A DNA stretch of 60,936 nt, filler included, from Nemertoderma westbladi (GCA_032718475.1; 3 parts of 3 records of this genome joined end to end with filler, not necessarily neighbours in it), one strand, 5' to 3'. Shown: positions 1 through 13,714, counted from the first letter of the whole stretch. The notes: a model not told the origin generated them from the letters alone. Translations and numbers: made by a program.

Positions 1-235
1 TTCTTCACAGTATTACAGAAGAAACTTTATTTAAAAAGGTGAAACGAAATCAGAAATCCAACCATCCATGTTATTGGCTATTTAATTGCCAGACCTCATA
101 TTGAGCATAGAGCAGTTATTATTCGTGATTTCGTGACGCCTGGTGGGTCCGTACTGTGGTAGACCCCAGAGCCAGAACATGGTACATACACCAGATACTA
201 GGCCTAATGCATGGATCATGGAATCGGAGACAATA

Positions 236-520
236 CTCACTTAACAAACGAAGCGTTGTACAGTACAATATACTTAGTAACATCTTACTACCAAAACCCA
301 GACAACCCTGCAGTCACAGCGGATGAATCCTATTGGGCGCTGCTGTTGTAGAACTGATCCGTCTGTGTGATCCTGTTCTATGGCAGCCAGCTGGCTGGTC
401 AGCCTTGATATTACGGAAGAGTCTGCTAAGAGAAACTCTTGATACTGTATTGCAGATGAATTGTGGGTTTAGGCCTACATGCGAACTGTGGCCGCGTTGC
501 GTTGCGTCCCGGTTGGGTTG
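236..520 (+). mobile_element. Degraded 3' remnant of an RTE-like non-LTR retrotransposon
   Basis: Translates to HLTNEALYSTI and VLWQPAG, matching HMTNAELYGTI and LFWQPTHG of the RT ORF at 14996-16282; boundaries approximate. Confidence 0.5.
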
Positions 521-1617
521 TATCATGACCTACTATAACATAGTAGGTGTAGCAAATGTTATAGTAGGTCATGGTTGTATCCTAATGATCTAGCCATGAC
601 TTACTGTTACTCTGTAGTACAGTAGGTCATTATGTAGCCGATTTAATGAGTTCTAATAATGATCGCATAATGATTTTAAAGATAAATTACTCAAATATGT
701 ATTCTTAATAAATATTCTAAATTATTATTACTTTATATATATATTCTAAATTGTAATTCTAAATATATTTATACCTCTTTTTCCAATGCAATAGGCTAGT
801 TCCCAATGCATTGCAATAATGATAATACAGGGTACACGTTCTAGATGCCTTCGCGCAGCATGAGGCTCAGTTATGATACAAATTAAAATTGAGCGATTCT
901 ACTGTACCACAAAATCGGAAGAAAAAATCAAAGAAGAGGGGAAAGATCCCCCCCTTCAACCTCCTTCTTACTGTCCTGATCTGCACCACCCCAACCCAAA
1001 GGCTCACAGGGGATTGATGTCAGGCAGGTATTAACAAAAAAATTATGTTTTAAAAGTAATATATTTTAAGCGTGGATGCGAACCAATTAGTAAGATATAT
1101 TAAACCTTACCTTAAGGGGGGGGGGGGGGGGGGGGGGGTGACTAAATCAGAAAAAAATCGAGTTTTCATTTTCAATCCCACCTGGTGCAGATTTTTATGA
1201 GGATTTCAAAACGTCAACATTTTTGTTATAGCTAATGTAGTTCAAAAGTTATGCAGGGCCGCATATTAAGGGGGGGGGGCAATTTTGAATTTTGCCACTT
1301 ACAGTATTTTTCCAAATGAATAACAAAAAGTTAGTGTGAAAGGAAATTTCCGGAAAAGTATATTTCATCCGTAGTTATGACCACATCTAAGTAGGAATCC
1401 CTTGTTTCTAGTGTTTACTCTACTTGTGTTTTAATATATATATGTTTTCAGAATTTGCTAAATATAATTAATAAAATAGGAAATTTCCGGAAAATGAATA
1501 AGAAATTTCCGGAAAAATGTATATATATATATTATATATGTAAATTATTGTGGGAAGATATAATCCTTGAATATATAAGAAACCGCCGTGGGAAAGGGAT
1601 CCAGTTTAGTGTATTAT

Positions 1618-2033
1618 ATATTTGTAAGCATAAAATAATAAATAAATATCAGAAAAAATTAATATATTACTTTATCACTAGCTTTCGATATAATATGTAT
1701 ATCTTTTTCAAGTGTTGAAAACCAACTATTTATAAATTAAATAAATTAATAACAATATAAGCACAATTTAAAATTCTCAAAATTTAAAACCTTTACCTTT
1801 AATACCTTTTTTTGTATACCTTTAAAGTTCAGGTATACAAACTTTCTAGAATTTTAAATTGTGCTTATGTTATTAATTTATTTAATTTATAAATAGTTGG
1901 TTTTCAACACTTGAAAAAGATATACATATTATATCGAAAGCTAGTGATAAAGTAATATATGTATTGTTTCTGAGGTCGATCTAGGTTTATTTAAAATAAT
2001 TTTTATTTTGTTTATTATTTTATGCTTACAAAT
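1618..2033. repeat. Long AT-rich inverted repeat (foldback/MITE-like)
   Basis: Arms ~1618-1780 and ~1848-2033 are reverse complements (ctttatcactagctttcgatataatatg / catattatatcgaaagctagtgataaag). Confidence 0.8.
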
Positions 2034-3212
2034 ATTATATTATTATATATATATATATAAGACTTTTAACGAAAACTACAGTATTATGTTTCTTCTAAAA
2101 CTTATCAAACTAAAACTAAAGGTACTGTACTTCTAAAACTTCTCAAACTAAAACTAAAGGTACTTCTAAAACTTCTTTGATTTGGGTTTTTGGTCGCTGA
2201 TTTCATTTCCGAAGTCAGTTTTAATTTTTCTTGAAGTCTATTATGTCTGTCTGTCTGTATGTCCGTTTGTCTGTCTGTCAAAATATAAGGAAAGCATTCC
2301 AACTACAGTAGATAACAGTTTTATTATGGGGGTTATCCGGGTTGCTGATTCCATTACCGACGCGAGTTTTCGTGTTTGATGTCATCCACAATGTCTGTTT
2401 GTCTATTCAGCTGTCGGTTATATTTTGACGGACAGATAGACAGTAATGACAGGACAGTCCATGACTCTGTCAAATGAGTAATGAGACTTAGAAATGAAAT
2501 CACCGACCCGGAACACCCTTCCAACAAAATTTTCAGCGCGGTTGTTTTTTCATTCTTTTTTTTCCATTCTATTTTTCATTCTAACATTTCATTGGAAGTA
2601 TTACACTAAGCTGCATACACGTTAAATATGGCCTATGCGTTTTCTGAAGAATGCTAATTTTAATTTTCAAAATGCAACTAGGCTTTTCTAAAAAGTTATG
2701 AATTATTGTAAAATTTGGCATGAATGATGATTGGGTGATTCTTAACACCCCCTTATTTTACCACTTTTTTAATTTTCTTTGTTATAGAGCTGAAATATTT
2801 AACAAAATGTGTAAATTTTTGGCCAAAAATGACGAAATCTGTCAAAAATACATTTGTTTTTTTGTTTTAATATAACAAAAATATAACAAATTTAACATAT
2901 GACAATGTTACAGCATATAAACATGTTACAAATATAACAACATTTTTTTTTTATATAAAATGTTTTTTATGTTTGGTCTTGCAGTATTCTGTTATCAGTT
3001 ATTGCTGTGTGTATTTGCTGTGTGTATTGCTGTATTATGAATTGTGCTGCGGTGTAAATTGCTCACGGTACCATACAGCCATACAGGTACCGGTACAGAG
3101 GCTGCAGTGTGAGTGCAGTGTAGTGCATACGGTAGTTGTAGAACCGGTACCAGAATAGAGAATACCAATAGGCCTACAGTCACAGTAGTGAGAGGACTTC
3201 TACGCAATCGTT

Positions 3213-3779
3213 ATGGGTATCGATATTAAACACCATCATGTGCGGAAAGTCGTCCGCAAGAACCCCAAGAGCGACGACATTTACCTCCGTCTGCTCGTAA
3301 AACTCTACAAATTCCTCCACCGACGAACGGGTTGCAAGTTCAATAAGATAGTACTGAAACGGCTATGTATGAGCCGAATAAACAGACCTCCTCTATCGCT
3401 GTCTCGACTCTCCAGACAAATGAAACGCGAAGGCCGTGAGGGTAAGGTTGCCGTGGTTGTGGGCTCCATAACCAACGACGTCAGACTTTACCGCGTTCCC
3501 AAGTTGACCGTTTGCGCTCTGCGGGTCACTGCAACAGCGCGCGCTCGTATCGTTAAAGCCGGCGGCGACATCATCACGTTCGATCAGTTGGCGCTTCGCA
3601 GCCCGAAAGGAAAGAACACGGTGCTGCTACAGGGCCCGAGGAAGGGACGCAAAGCCTTGAAACACTTCGGTAAGGCACCGGGAGTTCCGCACAGCCACTC
3701 AAAACCGCTTGTCAGAAGTAAAGGGAGGAAGTTCGAGAGAGCTCGTGGTCGAAGGAAGAGCCGAGGGTTCAAGGTTTAG
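3213..3779 (+). CDS. RPL18: 60S ribosomal protein L18 (eL18), intronless
   Basis: 188 aa with canonical eL18 motifs: [60 protein letters not shown]. Confidence 0.98.
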   Translation: MGIDIKHHHVRKVVRKNPKSDDIYLRLLVKLYKFLHRRTGCKFNKIVLKRLCMSRINRPPLSLSRLSRQMKREGREGKVAVVVGSITNDVRLYRVPKLTVCALRVTATARARIVKAGGDIITFDQLALRSPKGKNTVLLQGPRKGRKALKHFGKAPGVPHSHSKPLVRSKGRKFERARGRRKSRGFKV

Positions 3780-3987
3780 TTGGACGGCGTGACGACTTGT
3801 AGAAAGCAACGGACTCGGGCGGAGTTATTACTCAGTTTAATTCGGTTGTTGTTATATAGCTACGTATACCTGCATATTATATTTAAGGTTTAACAGCAGA
3901 ATAAGTAGAATTTATCTGTCGTATCTTTCGATGGTATGCGTGTATTTGTGGAATATATAATTAATTAATTAAACCGTGAAATCAGCT

Positions 3988-3993
3988 AATAAA
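3988..3993 (+). terminator. Candidate polyadenylation signal of RPL18
   Basis: AATAAA ~210 nt after the stop, followed by a T-rich tract. Confidence 0.5.
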
Positions 3994-4062
3994 ATACTTT
4001 TTTTGAGATTTTGTATCTTGATTATGTTTCCACAGTATTTATTTATAATAATGTTGTAAGAA

Positions 4063-4211
4063 GGCGGTGTAGCTCAGTTGGTTTAGCGCCGCCCTTACAA
4101 TCTATTGCCTCTACGTTCGAACCCCGCCAGGGTCCACTCAGAATCATGATTTCCAATCAAACAACCCTGCCACTCAGCCTTTGTTCCACTGGGGTCGATA
4201 AAATCAGTACC
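4063..4211 (+). mobile_element. tRNA-derived SINE head with a Nin/Deu-like central domain
   Basis: A box tagctcagttgg (4070-4081), B box gttcgaaccc (4115-4124), no intact anticodon arm; cactcagcctttgttccactggggtcgataaaatcagtacc (4171-4211) resembles the conserved Nin/Deu SINE core as recalled. Confidence 0.7.
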
Positions 4212-5275
4212 ATTTAAATTACTGAAAGCAAAACTACGCTCACCCCTACATTCGGGTAACAGCTATCGAAAGAAGGGACCTCGAGTCGCCTCAGGCTTCG
4301 GGCGACTGTATTTGCTTATCTCGAAAACACACCCGTTGAGTATCCGTTATTAGGGGTATACGAATAGGATCAACAGTGGATTTCAGAGTTAGATTTTTAT
4401 CGACAACCCCAGCCGATAGCACAATACTGCAATAGTGTGATCGGCCAAAGGGTGTCCAATGAACCCCCCGTCCATAAAAAATTTCATTTTGGTGTAATAT
4501 TGACCACAAAAATGAACAGAAGTCCAATAACTATATGGTGGCCCTGAACGGTCAATTTTTGTAATCTTTTTTTTTGTTCTCCCGACTTTTGCAAACTCGT
4601 TCAAACGACTTTACAAAACTCAAGGAAACAAATCTAATTGGCTGGAGTGGTTTCTATACCAACAAACACCCAATCAAGTTTGTTTCCCCGACTTTTGCAG
4701 TAGATGTAACTGTTATGGAGGAAGTTGGTTGGTTGGCTGGTTGGGAGCTAAAAGGAAAGTGATCGGCAAACGTGTAAAACACCGAACGCAACAACCCAAA
4801 GGCTCCTCTGTGTTGGCTGTAACCTATGAGGCAGGGAGGGCGCCACAATAACTCCCATGGTCGAACACACCGTAAGTAAACATCCAACCATTTTTCTTAT
4901 TTTTCTTTATTTTACTAATTAGCATTTATCATTAGCATTAAGCATTAATTATTAAGGGTAATCAGCTGTTATTTGAGTCGATTTTCCGATGGATAGACTT
5001 TAATTTTTATTGCGTCAAGGTCCTGGTAGGTTAAGTTTATTATAGTACAGTAGGCCTAGTAATATTATATTTATTACGCTATGGTTGGGCAACTCTATAA
5101 AATTAGCACGGTGTCGGTGTAGTTTAAAATACGTAAATAAGTAAATAAATGTTATTCGATAACGTGACGGGGTCGCCCCCTAGTGAGTTTACAACGCACT
5201 AATATATCTAGAATATCTTACAGTATTGCATTTATACAGACAGTAGGCCCTACATAATGATAATAAAGGATATAT

Positions 5276-6342
5276 CTTTTTACAGAATACAAGCGAACAC
5301 AGTAGAACACACTCGAACACACTCCAAAAACTGCAATCTAACACAGTCGAAAATAGAAAGAGCACAAAAAAATAACACCTGGTACCAACGTTTAGATAAA
5401 ATTAGCCACGCGTTGCCTTTCTATAAGAAAATTCCCGAAATTATTGAATAAAATTGTCGCGAAATTAAATATTCCTTTCTTATCAGATCAGGCCTGGCCT
5501 AAGCCGTGATCTAATAATTTAACATAGTAGTAGGCTAGGCCTAAGTTAAGTGTGGTTAGCACCGGGACAGAGATCCCTGCCAGGGTAGGTACCTAACCGT
5601 GACCCAGCTCTTTATATTCCAGTGCAGCAGTCCAGTACAGTACGTACGGTAATGGGCCTAACTTCTTAATTCATATCCTCAGCAATCAGTCCCAGACAAA
5701 GCTATTCCAGTACACAGCAGTCTTCAATGTCCGCTTTGCAGGACTTTGCTTTCGCCGTGAGCCGTCGACCAGCCAGTGCATAATCTTGTACTTTGGCAGC
5801 CTCATGGAGTGAATAAGCATGGTGGACAGCCCATGACTTTCTTGAGACGCATCTTAAAGGACACTGGCCTTGAAGATGCGGATGATCTAGCAAATGTCAT
5901 GGGTGATGTGGGGTGGTGCTGTGGTGATGGGAGTTGTGGCTGTTAAATTTTGTTTTGTTGACAAGCCGGCACAGCATTCTTAAAAATGCAGCTGCAATGC
6001 AGCATGCCGATCCTAGTAGTAGTAGTACACAGGCAAACAGGCCTATTAGCTAACCCGCTATTACTATATTTATGTGAAAGGTACGGTACCCGGTAGGCTT
6101 CCCTACATAGTTTGTTATACAGAACAGACAGCATAAGAAATTAATTTAATGTCGCGGCAATTTTATTCAATAATTTCGGGAATTTTCTTATAGAAAAGTA
6201 ACGCGTGACTAATTTTATCTAAAAGGCAGAAAGGTGGTACCCGGTGTTATTTTTTGTCCTCTTTCTATTTTCGACTGTGTTCGATTGTGTTCGGCAGTTT
6301 TTGGAGTGTGTTTGTGTGCGTTTGCTTGTGTTCTGTAAAAAG
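5276..6342. mobile_element. Inverted-repeat element with ~200-bp arms enclosing a LINE fragment
   Basis: 5276-5470 is the reverse complement of ~6143-6342 (ttctataagaaaattcccgaaattattgaataaaattg / caattttattcaataatttcgggaattttcttatagaa). Confidence 0.75.
5702..6027 (+). mobile_element. 3' end of an RTE-like LINE with (TAG)n tail
   Basis: RFAGLCFRR, LVLWQPHG and DTGLEDADDLANVMGD in broken frames; ends ctagtagtagtagt; same 3' sequence at 22497-22638 (-) and ~36031-36130 (+). Confidence 0.8.
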
Positions 6343-6873
6343 CTGATTATATTTCACTAACTCTGATCGTTTTTGTAGTAAGAACGCAAGTAAGAAACCC
6401 AGTCTGATGCACTTAAACGGTAATGGCGCTAGTCTACCTTCGAAAGAAGGCCGTTTGAGTGAATCTCTTATATTCCCTAATCCCCAAAGCTGCCTCGATC
6501 TGCTTAATAATTCGCTCAGTTTCTGACAGCAATTGATCATCTACAATATTTCACTAATATAAACAGTCCCTCGAGGGTGTGGCACCACAATACAATAAGC
6601 AAAAATGTCTAACTAATTAATTACGTAAGGGCTCAAGTCTGGAAATATATTTCCCTTTAGGGGAAATGTATTTTTACTGCTTGCTTGCTTATATTATTAT
6701 TATCGCTACGGTATTCAATTTATTGCTCAATTATATGCTCAATTTTGATACTATTGCTATTGAAAGCCTCGCTTGTATTACTGGTTGGAAATATCGCCAC
6801 ACGGTCATTATTTATTGTAATAGGGGTAAGACAACACATATAAATTTGACACGATCGTCCAGATTCTCAATAA

Positions 6874-7395
6874 TGTTCGGTTATAGAGACCTACATGATG
6901 GGTTTGGTGTCTAGAAAATGTCTTTAGTCTCGACGGAACGGCGATATTATATTAATCGAGTAACACAAAAGCAAATAAATTGAATTAACCGGTAGAATAT
7001 CAAATAAACAAATCAAATTATAATAATATTAAATATCACAAAGACAAATAAAGACAAACAAAGTAATAATTTCCAGTCATTTAAAGTTGACCGGGGTTTT
7101 TACTTCTTACATATGTAAAGGTGACTCTACAAAACAATTAAAGTAATGTGAAAAGATAGAGTGAGCCAATGCACATGGACAACAGCTTATATGGGGGCCT
7201 ACGGCCGTATACAGTAACACTGCCTAGACTTACAAATCAGAAATTCATGTTGGTTCAGCTGTGCATTTGTAACGACGCTAGGTGGCGTTCAAGTCATATC
7301 AATCAATTAACAAAGATTTAAAATATATAGGGCTATAAACCTAAATCGAGCAAAATAAGTAAACTACGACCTCAAATAACACTTTTGCGTCAACA
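6874..7395 (-). mobile_element. Candidate BEL/Pao-type LTR
   Basis: Minus strand reads ggaagcgg|TGTT...AACA (purine tract, then TGTT/AACA termini, ~520 bp) with an internal TATA-like catataag; partner LTR not seen. Confidence 0.5.
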
Positions 7396-7625
7396 CCGCT
7401 TCCATTCACTTAGCTCAGGCGGAACCCAATCATGGCAAAAACTCAAATTAAGTACAAAAATATATCTAGCATATAAAATGTCTCAGCTCGAGAACAAAAA
7501 TTAAGCTAAATTAATTATTTGGGACACCAATTACTTATTTTCGGTATATAATGTAAAAATAGGAATTTTACATGAGTCATATAAAGTAAAATGGCCGTAA
7601 CAAAAAGTAACCAGAAAAATAATGT

Positions 7626-10173
7626 TTATTTCTGGGTATTTTCTTCTTCGTGGGTCGCTTTGCGACGTTTCAATGGTGGAGAGCCATAACCGGGTACGGG
7701 AGATGGAGAACCTTGCACTTGTATTCCTTCAGTGGCGGAGGGGTGAAGTTCCAATGAGTCAGAAGGGGGTGCAACAGTTCGCGTAGTTGTTCCACCAGTA
7801 GATGTTCCCGGCTGAGAGTTGCTAACAATGGTCGAAGTGGAAACCGAATAATGTAACAATTTCACACCTTTACGGAGCGTCTTGGCTGGGGAAGACTGAG
7901 TAGAGAGGGAAAGTGCGGATTGTACCATCCGTTTCAAGATAGTGGTGGTAACTGGTCCCTTGAGAGTCTGGGACGAAGTTGCAATACCTCCTCGGTCAGA
8001 AGCGTACTTCATTGGTTTAACTGTTTCATCAGCGAGACTCGAGGTGTGTCCGAGATATGTAACACGATCGGAGGTCTGTAACAGTTCTGGATTCGCGGAA
8101 ACGAATTCGTGACTGAGATCCAGATCCTTTCTAATATGCTCAAGAAGATTATTATATGTAGTTAAATCTCCAGGGTTCATGCAACGGAGAAACATACACA
8201 CGTAATGAACATTAATGAGCTCCGAAACATTAAATAACAATTGATAATCAGGAAGGTTGGAACGTTGCACTTCAATCGCGGAAGCATAAGGATTGAAAGC
8301 AAAAACTCCGAAATAAGAGTGGGAAGATTCGTAACGTAATCGTGTGATTTGGTGCAAATCCACAGAGTGTTCCTACAATCTTATGTTTTTCATGAGAGAT
8401 GTCTCGTCATCCCTTTGAGTTGAGTCGAAAGAAAGGGCAGGATGTTGGATAATGTCCTTTCAATAAACATTTGTCACACTGTTCCGAGAATTGAGGACAG
8501 TTGAGAAGGTTTGGCTATATCAAATAGTCTACAATATGGACAGTGAAGTAGACAGTCAGAGCATTTAGCATAGACCTGACAAATCTCACCTGAAGGGGGG
8601 GTTTTGTAGGCGCGTGAACCACACTGAAGGCAATGCATCCTTCCCTGAGACACTGCAGAACAAAAAGCAAATTTCGTCAGGGGCTGCAGTCCAAGGTGCC
8701 ACGGAATGATGAATTCATCCATCATCTGGGGTAGGATCAATAACTGTGTAATCTTTTAAGTAAGAGGATAACTGTTTGTCTGATGTCTGTATAACTGACA
8801 TTGAGTAACCAGACTTAAGAATGGGACGTTCTAGAACAGTAGAGTGCAAGTTCTGATCATACACGTCCTTAAAGATAGCGAAACCTTTCCTATTTAATTC
8901 CTCAAAGCTGGTTGGACGTTTGTTTAATTGTCCCTTTAACATGGGGTCACGAGGGACGCTGATATTGGAATAAACGGCGCCAGGGGCAGTTAATGGACCA
9001 TTAAAACAATAACAGGAGTAGTTATCACCATACATATTTAAATAACGATTATACCGACCTTCCTTAAAGTCCCATCCGAGTTCGTGGAAGGATATATGTC
9101 TGATACCAGTGCGTTCCGCTCAATGCATTCCATTACCCACACATTCATAAATAACGTGGGACAAACCATGATCCTGGGCCCATGGAAGGATCATTTGCGT
9201 ATCTGCAAAGGGATAAGGGATATCCAACAAAGAGTCGGAGTCCTTATAAAGATCTGGATAGATCACAGAGCCGAGTTTACAGATCCTCTCGTTAAAGATC
9301 AAGTCCAGAACAGGTTGCGGTAACATCGAGGGTTTGATACCCAGAGCAGGGTGATGCTTGGTTTCAAGAACGTACCGATAAGATTTCTCGAATTGACCGT
9401 GTCGAGATAACATCTCCTGGAAGGATGGAGGTGTAAAGGTGGTGTTGGCATTCTGGGAGGTTTGCGTAAAAACATGTGTGGCTCCTGTTGAACAACGAAT
9501 ATGTATCAGCCAGGTCGAACTGAGTTCATTGTCCGATGCGGAACCTTTGTTATCATACAGCATTACGCAATATTGTTGGATGACCTCAAAGGTATTATTA
9601 AACTCGAGATATGCGACAGCTTCATCGACCTGACTGCCCATCATTGACTGTCTAGAGATCAGATAGAGCCTCGGGCGATAACTACCGATTTGTAGCCCCT
9701 GAACGTTTTCTACAACAGACGTTTCCTTTAACGTAGTAGATAGTTTGTCTTCTCGGAATCGGACGTCAATGTTCCAATGAATTGGCCGATCACTGATAAA
9801 GTTAGCGAGATTCCGAGGGGGCGCGGGTTTATCCTCAATAGTTTGTATATTAAAAGGTTTACAAAAGGTATTTAACTTTATTATATGTTCGAGATGCTTC
9901 TGCAGGGGCTCAATCTCGGCAATGTTGAGGGGATTAACTAAAGGTAGAAAATCCATGCTGCAGGCGGGATCCTCGGGTTTCATTACACATAATGTTGACC
10001 GAGTAAGACGAAATCCGGCGGTGGTCATGAATCCCATAGAACGGGGAACGGAGAGGACGTATTTTGAGGTTCTTATCCCGAATTAAAGTCTTTATTTGAT
10101 CAGCTCGACCAGGAGGAGCGATAATCCATTCATCGGTTTCATCTTGAATATGGCTTATATGGTTCTGCGTCAT
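7626..10173 (-). pseudogene. Frameshifted ~850-codon ORF of an unknown Cys/His-rich protein, paralog of 49805-50968
   Basis: Overlapping ORFs 9934-10173, 9120-10037, 8715-9035, 8474-8740 and 7626-8363; the last three align colinearly with the 49805-50968 protein (GYS..IQT, C.YCRL, GV.AF.PY, YVC.FLR, QPGTSTG, LHPS). Confidence 0.75.
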
Positions 10174-11625
10174 TAAGTCCTTCTATGGCCATTCCTTAGA
10201 TCCTGAAATGTTAGGCCTAAGGGGTAGGGCCAGGTTATACTTAAACCGGTAGTAGCATATTCTAAGTTCTATATTCTAACCAATACAGCAATATATCCTA
10301 ATAAATGAGGTGAGAATGAGAGTCAATAACACAAACATAGGCTGACTGGCGATAGTGTATTTTTTGCTAGTAATCTCTGGCGCTGCTTGGGGAGGTGGTT
10401 GATTGTTGCTTGCACCAATAATAGTTAAAGATTGTAACTGTGTAATGCTGATACAATTGCCCTGCAATCTAAATTATCCTTCACTCTATATCAGTTCAGT
10501 ATAGGCCTATAACTTTCCATTCCTACATTCAGACATATAATGAAAATCATTTCATCCCGTTTTTCATTAGGTAGGTCAGTTACTACCGGTAGAAACAATT
10601 TGGTTGAATCTCAACACGCGTTTTGGTTTTCTCAGTCTTTCTAAATTTTGACACAAATTCTATTTTTCTTCTGTCACGATGTTTCTCAAACTTTAATGCC
10701 CCCTTCCCCCTTGCCTGCTTGCTGCCTTGTGGTGGTGATGTTCACATTGTCAAATATAGCCGACTGCTAGGCCCTAAAACTTATGGGCCGACTTTTTTTA
10801 AATAGTGCACTGCTACACAGTGTAAAGGAATATAGATTACTCATAGTCATAATGGCCATATTCATTCACACTCACTATATTACAGTATTATGCTATTTGG
10901 GATAATCGATGATGGAGAATGTTTATGGCAGTAATTTTTTGATCCAAAAATGATAGGCCTATCTACTGATCTACTCAAGGCCAACTATACACAGGGCAAT
11001 ATTTGCAATAAGGCCTAATTCTAATGGTTGCCAAAAATGGCAATAATTATTTTAGGCACATTTCGGCCTAGGCCTATTGCTAAGAGAAATTCAGACGATT
11101 ATTTTTTTTCTTATAGGGTCAATTATATTTAAATTTCGCGCTCTTTTCACTTACTGACTTAGCTGCTTAGGTCTACCTATTTCTGTATTTTACCAAAATG
11201 CGATTTTGCTTCTGGCATCTGGGCGTGCGAAAATTACAAAAACCAAAATTGCCAGATTTGGCAATAAACATTACCATACTGCCATAGGCTGATAGGCTGA
11301 TAGGCTACTACCGGTATGTCTGTATGTGGCAACTTTTGAGTTTGCCAGATTTGGCCATTGTACCTAACTGTCAGCCACAGGCTGACAGGCCACAGCCTGA
11401 CAGCCAGTCAGCCAGTACCAGAGTACGCCATAAACCAAATATCGGTACCGGTCACGGTCACCGGTACTCCAATACTGCAATACCCTGAGATACTTGAGTA
11501 GGCCTACTTGTTTCCTGTTTGTACCTAAATCCAGAAATCAGTAAATAAGCGAAGGGCGACGACGACATACAGACTGACAGACATAGCGATAAAGGCGATA
11601 GGCACTCAACAGCTCAAGTTGCCGT

Positions 11626-11659
11626 ATGATGACAACCCCATTGGAATCTTATATTAACA
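11626..11659 (+). CDS. LSM8: LSm8 coding exon 1
   Basis: MMTTPLESYIN followed by a gtaagt donor (phase 1). Confidence 0.9.
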
Positions 11660-12177
11660 GTAAGTTCAAGTTATGCAGTACAGCAGTAGGCCTACAGGCT
11701 ACAGCTTACTGGCTTACATCAGTTATCACAGTATCAGGTTATGAGGCATGAGAAAGGTGTTCCAACGCCGATTTCTGCGCCTGGCAGATGGCACATTTCA
11801 GCATTTCTACACTGGTTGACTCGACTGGATTGTTGGATGCGCTTTTTGCTTACGCTCGCTCTTCTGTCATACAGTGTGACAGTCATAAAAGCATTATCTG
11901 AATTGTGCTAGCGTGAAATTTACAATATTTTGCCACCGAATCGAATTTTCGTCCTTATTTATCTTTTTCAATTTATATATTTTATTATAAAAAAACTTTC
12001 CCAATTGCATGATTGTCTAATATACTATGTATACCGACCAGTAGCCTAAGCGGTAGGGTAACTTGTTTGTACTTTATAAATATGAAATACCGGTATCTGG
12101 CTGGCACTTGTACTAGACAATACTTTCAAGACTACAAACAAACCAGCAAAGTTTAATTCTGTTTTTATTTTTTCCAG

Positions 12178-12346
12178 AACAGGTATCTGTAATTACTTCG
12201 GACGGAAGGGTTATCATTGGAACCTTTAAAGGCGTCGATCAGACTGTTAACATCATTCTTAAAGACAGCCAGGAGAGAGTCTACACCTCAGAGTTTGGCG
12301 TCGAGGAAGTTGCCTTAGGTCTATACATTATTCGAGGGGATAATGT
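12178..12346 (+). CDS. LSM8: LSm8 coding exon 2
   Basis: ttttttccag acceptor; KQVSVITSDGRVIIGTFKGVDQTVNIIL...VALGLYIIRGDNV (Sm1/Sm2 motifs); gtaagt donor. Confidence 0.95.
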
Positions 12347-13714
12347 GTAAGTGAATGCTCTGCCACTGTTCTATTGCTACTGCTCTATTGCTATGTAGTA
12401 CCGGTACGGTTAGCGTAGGTAGCCCTACTAACCTTACTTAAATATACCTGTATACTGCCGGTACACTAGACTACAACAGAGATCAGAGCTATGAGCTAAT
12501 GTAATTATTACCGGTACTTGGGAGAAAAAGTATCACATTTTTTCACTATTCTCGCTCGAGAATAAAATAATATATAAACTTATGGATGACTATCGGAATC
12601 CGTCGTGGCGGTGCACACATTGACATTTGGCGTACCGGTATGTACATTTCTTACAGTTGGATTTGGGTTGGGTTCTTACTATATATTGGATATTATAGTA
12701 TAAAGAAGGGCTTCAAAATTAAAATAGTTAGATAACGTTCTTCCTTTTTAAGCTCTCTCAAGTTGATCTGATCAAGTGAGACTATTTATAGATTTGATTA
12801 AAGCTTGCTAGATTAATGTTCCCGGGTATTGAAAACACAAATTTTACCCAGAGATCAGTGATTTTTCAAATTAAAAATATATATTTATCTTAAAGTACAA
12901 GATAAAATGAAAAATGAAGATTTTATCACAAAAATTATTTTACTATACTAATAATTACTTTCATTTTTAACTATTTTTAATACTCAGCTTCAACACAATT
13001 ATATAGCAACTTCTACCCTATTTTTAGTTATAGTTCATATGCGTACCGATGGTATTTTCGTATTGCAAAAATAAGACTATAAGTATGAAATACCCTATGT
13101 TATTGAGATAATGTTTATTGTTTTGGTTAGAAAAGCCCACCACTGTAACCTGCTCCTTTCCGTTAATTAAGTAATGGAGATTAGTTTATTGTTTTGGTTA
13201 GAAAACACCACCACTGTAACACCATCGGTACGCATATGAACGATAACCAAATTTGCACCTATAGAGGGTTCTCATTTAAGAATAAGGGTGCTTAATTTGA
13301 GCTCCCATAAAGTTTACATGTAAAAGTAAAGGCAGAGCTCTTTTCACCTTGTTGTAGGTTATATATTACGGCGACCAAATGAAGAGAACGAGCGTTCGAA
13401 TAGAGTCCTGCACCTGTGCACTAACTATATTCGTAAATGACCAAGTTTATAGTTACATTAGAATGTATATGATTTTAACAGTTGTTAATTAAGTGCCTTT
13501 TTTATTTAACAAAGTCCCTATGTAGCAAAACAAATTAATGTAACGTATTAACTAGAGTTGAAACAGAGACTTATCACTGATTTCTGTTCTCTGTATTCTC
13601 TGGGCAGTTTTTTGGCCTCCGGATATGTCTCTGGTTCCCGGGTATTGAAAACACACATTTTACCCAGAGATCAGTGATTTTACAAATTAAAAATATATTT
13701 ATCTTCCAATGCAT

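Noticed and set aside
1115-1138. Poly-G runs as functional G-quadruplexes (also ~16650, ~16930, ~46435)
   Set aside because: Homopolymers within repeat-derived DNA, with unreliable lengths and no supporting context
2995-3207. Signal-peptide-like ORF divergent from RPL18
   Set aside because: Short, low complexity, starts a few nt from the RPL18 ATG, no recognisable homology
4063-4135. Functional tRNA gene
   Set aside because: A and B boxes present but no proper anticodon or acceptor stem; continues into a SINE body
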